Shown here one piece after another: positions 62,151 to 64,000 of a stretch of DNA of 64,000 nucleotides. The DNA is from Raillietiella orientalis (Eukaryota). Below the pieces are notes generated by a model that was not told the origin of the DNA, ran no database searches, and worked only from the letters and a program-made list of their open reading frames with translations. The stretch's first letter is position 1, and the number at the start of each line of letters is the position of its first letter. Position numbers and translations under genes: made by a program. Location: assembly GCA_036172245.1 (NCBI GenBank), contig JAYWIR010000023.1, positions 2,294,001-2,358,000 on the forward strand, given 5' to 3'.

Positions 62151-63037
62151 CTGCGCTGTCTGTTCATCGTGTATGTCGAGTCCCTATAGGCATTTGAAAA
62201 CAGGAAGTTCTTTCCTGAGGCTAACAGTGTTATGGAGGGGATCCTGCTTTTTACTGACTGTCACACCATATTGAGGAAACCATTGGGTTCAGAACAGCAA
62301 ACACGCGCTGTTAGGTTGATGATGATCAATTTACGTGTGTACTATGACTACAGAATCAAATCACTCTCTGTATACAGATACGGTCTTCTGATCAAACGAT
62401 CTGTTACATGTTTGTTTTTTGTTTTTTTTCAACTGATTCCGAACATCAAGCCATTTGTCAGTCATCTGCGAGCTTCAGGTGTTTGTTAGTTTTGACTTTA
62501 AGCAGATCGGAGTTAACGAAGTTTGGCTAATGATCATCTGTTGATACAAGGCAATTCTGCCAAGTGCAGTTCTGCTCACTTTGATCGAATGAGGACGCAA
62601 TCCCATTTGGTTGGGAATGAGGATTCACCTGCTGATGGGGATAAACACTGGTAGTTATAAAATACTCCAGCTGCTCCAGGGGAAAACGCCATTTGGAAAT
62701 CTGAAGTGACGAATTACGTTTGCATGCCAGGATAGTGCACCTTGGAAAGCTTTTTCTTTATGATCCATTGTGTCAATTTCCAGGAGTCTTCAGAATAAAA
62801 GGGTGGCAACTACTCTTTCACATTAGGTACCACAATAGGAAAGCGGTATCCGCTATTTCATGTTGAGTGTTCTCTTGTTACGAGCCTGCCTTGGCTGTAG
62901 AAATCTTTGTGCGTGTGTTTTGAAAAAAAAGGAAAAGAGAAAGAACTTCCTCTTCCGATGATTTCTTCATGTAAGCTGGATTGACCACACCGTTTCGTAA
63001 GAAAGGTGCTCAAATCACAGACATCATTTTTTCTCAG

Positions 63038-63147
63038 GAATGGAATGACTACAAGCTTTCGTGGGACCCAGAAGAGTATGGAGGTGTGGAATCTCTTTAT
63101 GTTCCTTCTGAACACATTTGGTTGCCTGATATTGTTCTCTATAATAA
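63038..63147 (+). CDS. nAChRalpha: nAChR subunit coding exon 3 (110 nt, loop A); gene continues beyond the window
   Basis: [36 protein letters not shown](N). Acceptor ttttttctCAG ends at 63037; donor GTAAGT at 63148, phase 2. The ORF track does not show this frame. Confidence 0.96.
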
Positions 63148-63227
63148 GTAAGTACATCTTCCATCCCTATCGTAATTTTATCGATCAAAAACAAAGATTA
63201 GGAGGAGATTACGTCGTAATCTTGTTC

Positions 63228-63251
63228 TTGTTGTTGTTGTTGTTGTTGTTG
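63228..63251. repeat. (TTG)n microsatellite; others are (GCACA)n ~709-728, (TA)n ~16596-16609 and ~20176-20192, and (GGATC)4 35865-35884
   Basis: Directly visible simple repeats. Confidence 0.85.
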
Positions 63252-64000
63252 TGTTTTTCCTCTTGCCAAGAAAGTCGATAGAATTCTCTCGTTTTCCGCC
63301 GAAGATTTCTGACATGCTAAGAAAGAGCGCAACCAATTCATCTGTCGGAGCAACCAAGAGTATCGTAGGGAAATTCGGTTTTGCACAAGCAAATTCTGGA
63401 AGAGGACTAGGGACTGGCAGCCCGCTTCGCAACTTGAAACCGTTGTTTATGGGATGGTCCGACTAAGTCTAGAGATCGTGCTCTCCGTCTGCTTGGAAAC
63501 GAGAGAGCAAATAAGTATCTGTTGAAGATTGATATCAAAGACCGAGTTCCTTGCTATGGTGCTTCGAAAACAGAATCCGTGACAGTGATTTAGGTCACCT
63601 CGGCGGATGTGTCCACGAGGTCCGCCTCTGATCACTGGATTTTCTGAGCACAAGAACTTTCTAAAGCTCCAGTTTTCTTGGAAACATCGAGACCGATAGA
63701 CTCGGGACCGGGAGAGATGTGATCAGGCAGAGAGAGATCTCATCCATCGACATGCTGGATGTCGGGTTCTGGTGTTTCCATCGTTTCTTGTTTCATCCCC
63801 CATCCGCCAAAATTCTCACTTTCATGATACAATTCCATGGGGAGTGAAGATTTCGAAATTTGAGATCGAATGGCTGCTGCCTCGGAACTTTGCTTCCATG
63901 GATCGATAGCAGACCAGAGCAGCTTCCTTTCTCTTTATTAGTCTTCTCCCACCTAACTTCATCTACATTCGAGAATACACAAAGGAACTCGTCAGTGTCT

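Noticed and set aside
54320..63037. Alternative (mutually exclusive) copy of the 45-nt nAChR exon
   Set aside because: I found no second NLKNQ/DEKNQ-like exon with splice sites by eye; a TBLASTN would be needed to exclude it.
1..64000. CRISPR array, rRNA or prokaryotic defence system
   Set aside because: No regularly spaced repeats or operon-like gene density; spliceosomal introns and LINEs show this is animal nuclear DNA.

Overview
This is eukaryotic, arthropod-like genomic DNA. I see no prokaryotic operons, CRISPR arrays, rRNA or convincing tRNA. Two host genes are recognisable: (1) an eclosion hormone neuropeptide precursor on the minus strand (main exon 11036-11288, six-Cys mature peptide); (2) the 5' part of a nicotinic acetylcholine receptor subunit of the insect alpha1/alpha8-like group on the plus strand (exons 41367-41582, 54275-54319, 63038-63147; the gene continues past the window). 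Most of the rest is decayed non-LTR retrotransposon sequence: about a dozen fragments of one L1/Tx1-like family, plus RTE-, CR1- and RLE(NeSL/Utopia)-like remnants. The most unusual structure is a ~2.29 kb unit with no intact ORF, present twice (7636-9919, 46189-48482) at about 99% identity. It has no TIRs or TSD. Both ends of both copies sit in related ~28-bp motifs arranged like attL/attR, which suggests a site-specific element with a circular intermediate, mobilised in trans; this mechanism is inference. Other observations: unusual Asn-to-Ile changes in conserved nAChR motifs, a sharp GC/codon-usage boundary inside the receptor gene, a 102-bp foldback in a LINE RT region, and a T-tract association of the Tx1-like family. 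All family assignments come from motif recognition by eye, not database searches, and transposon boundaries are approximate.
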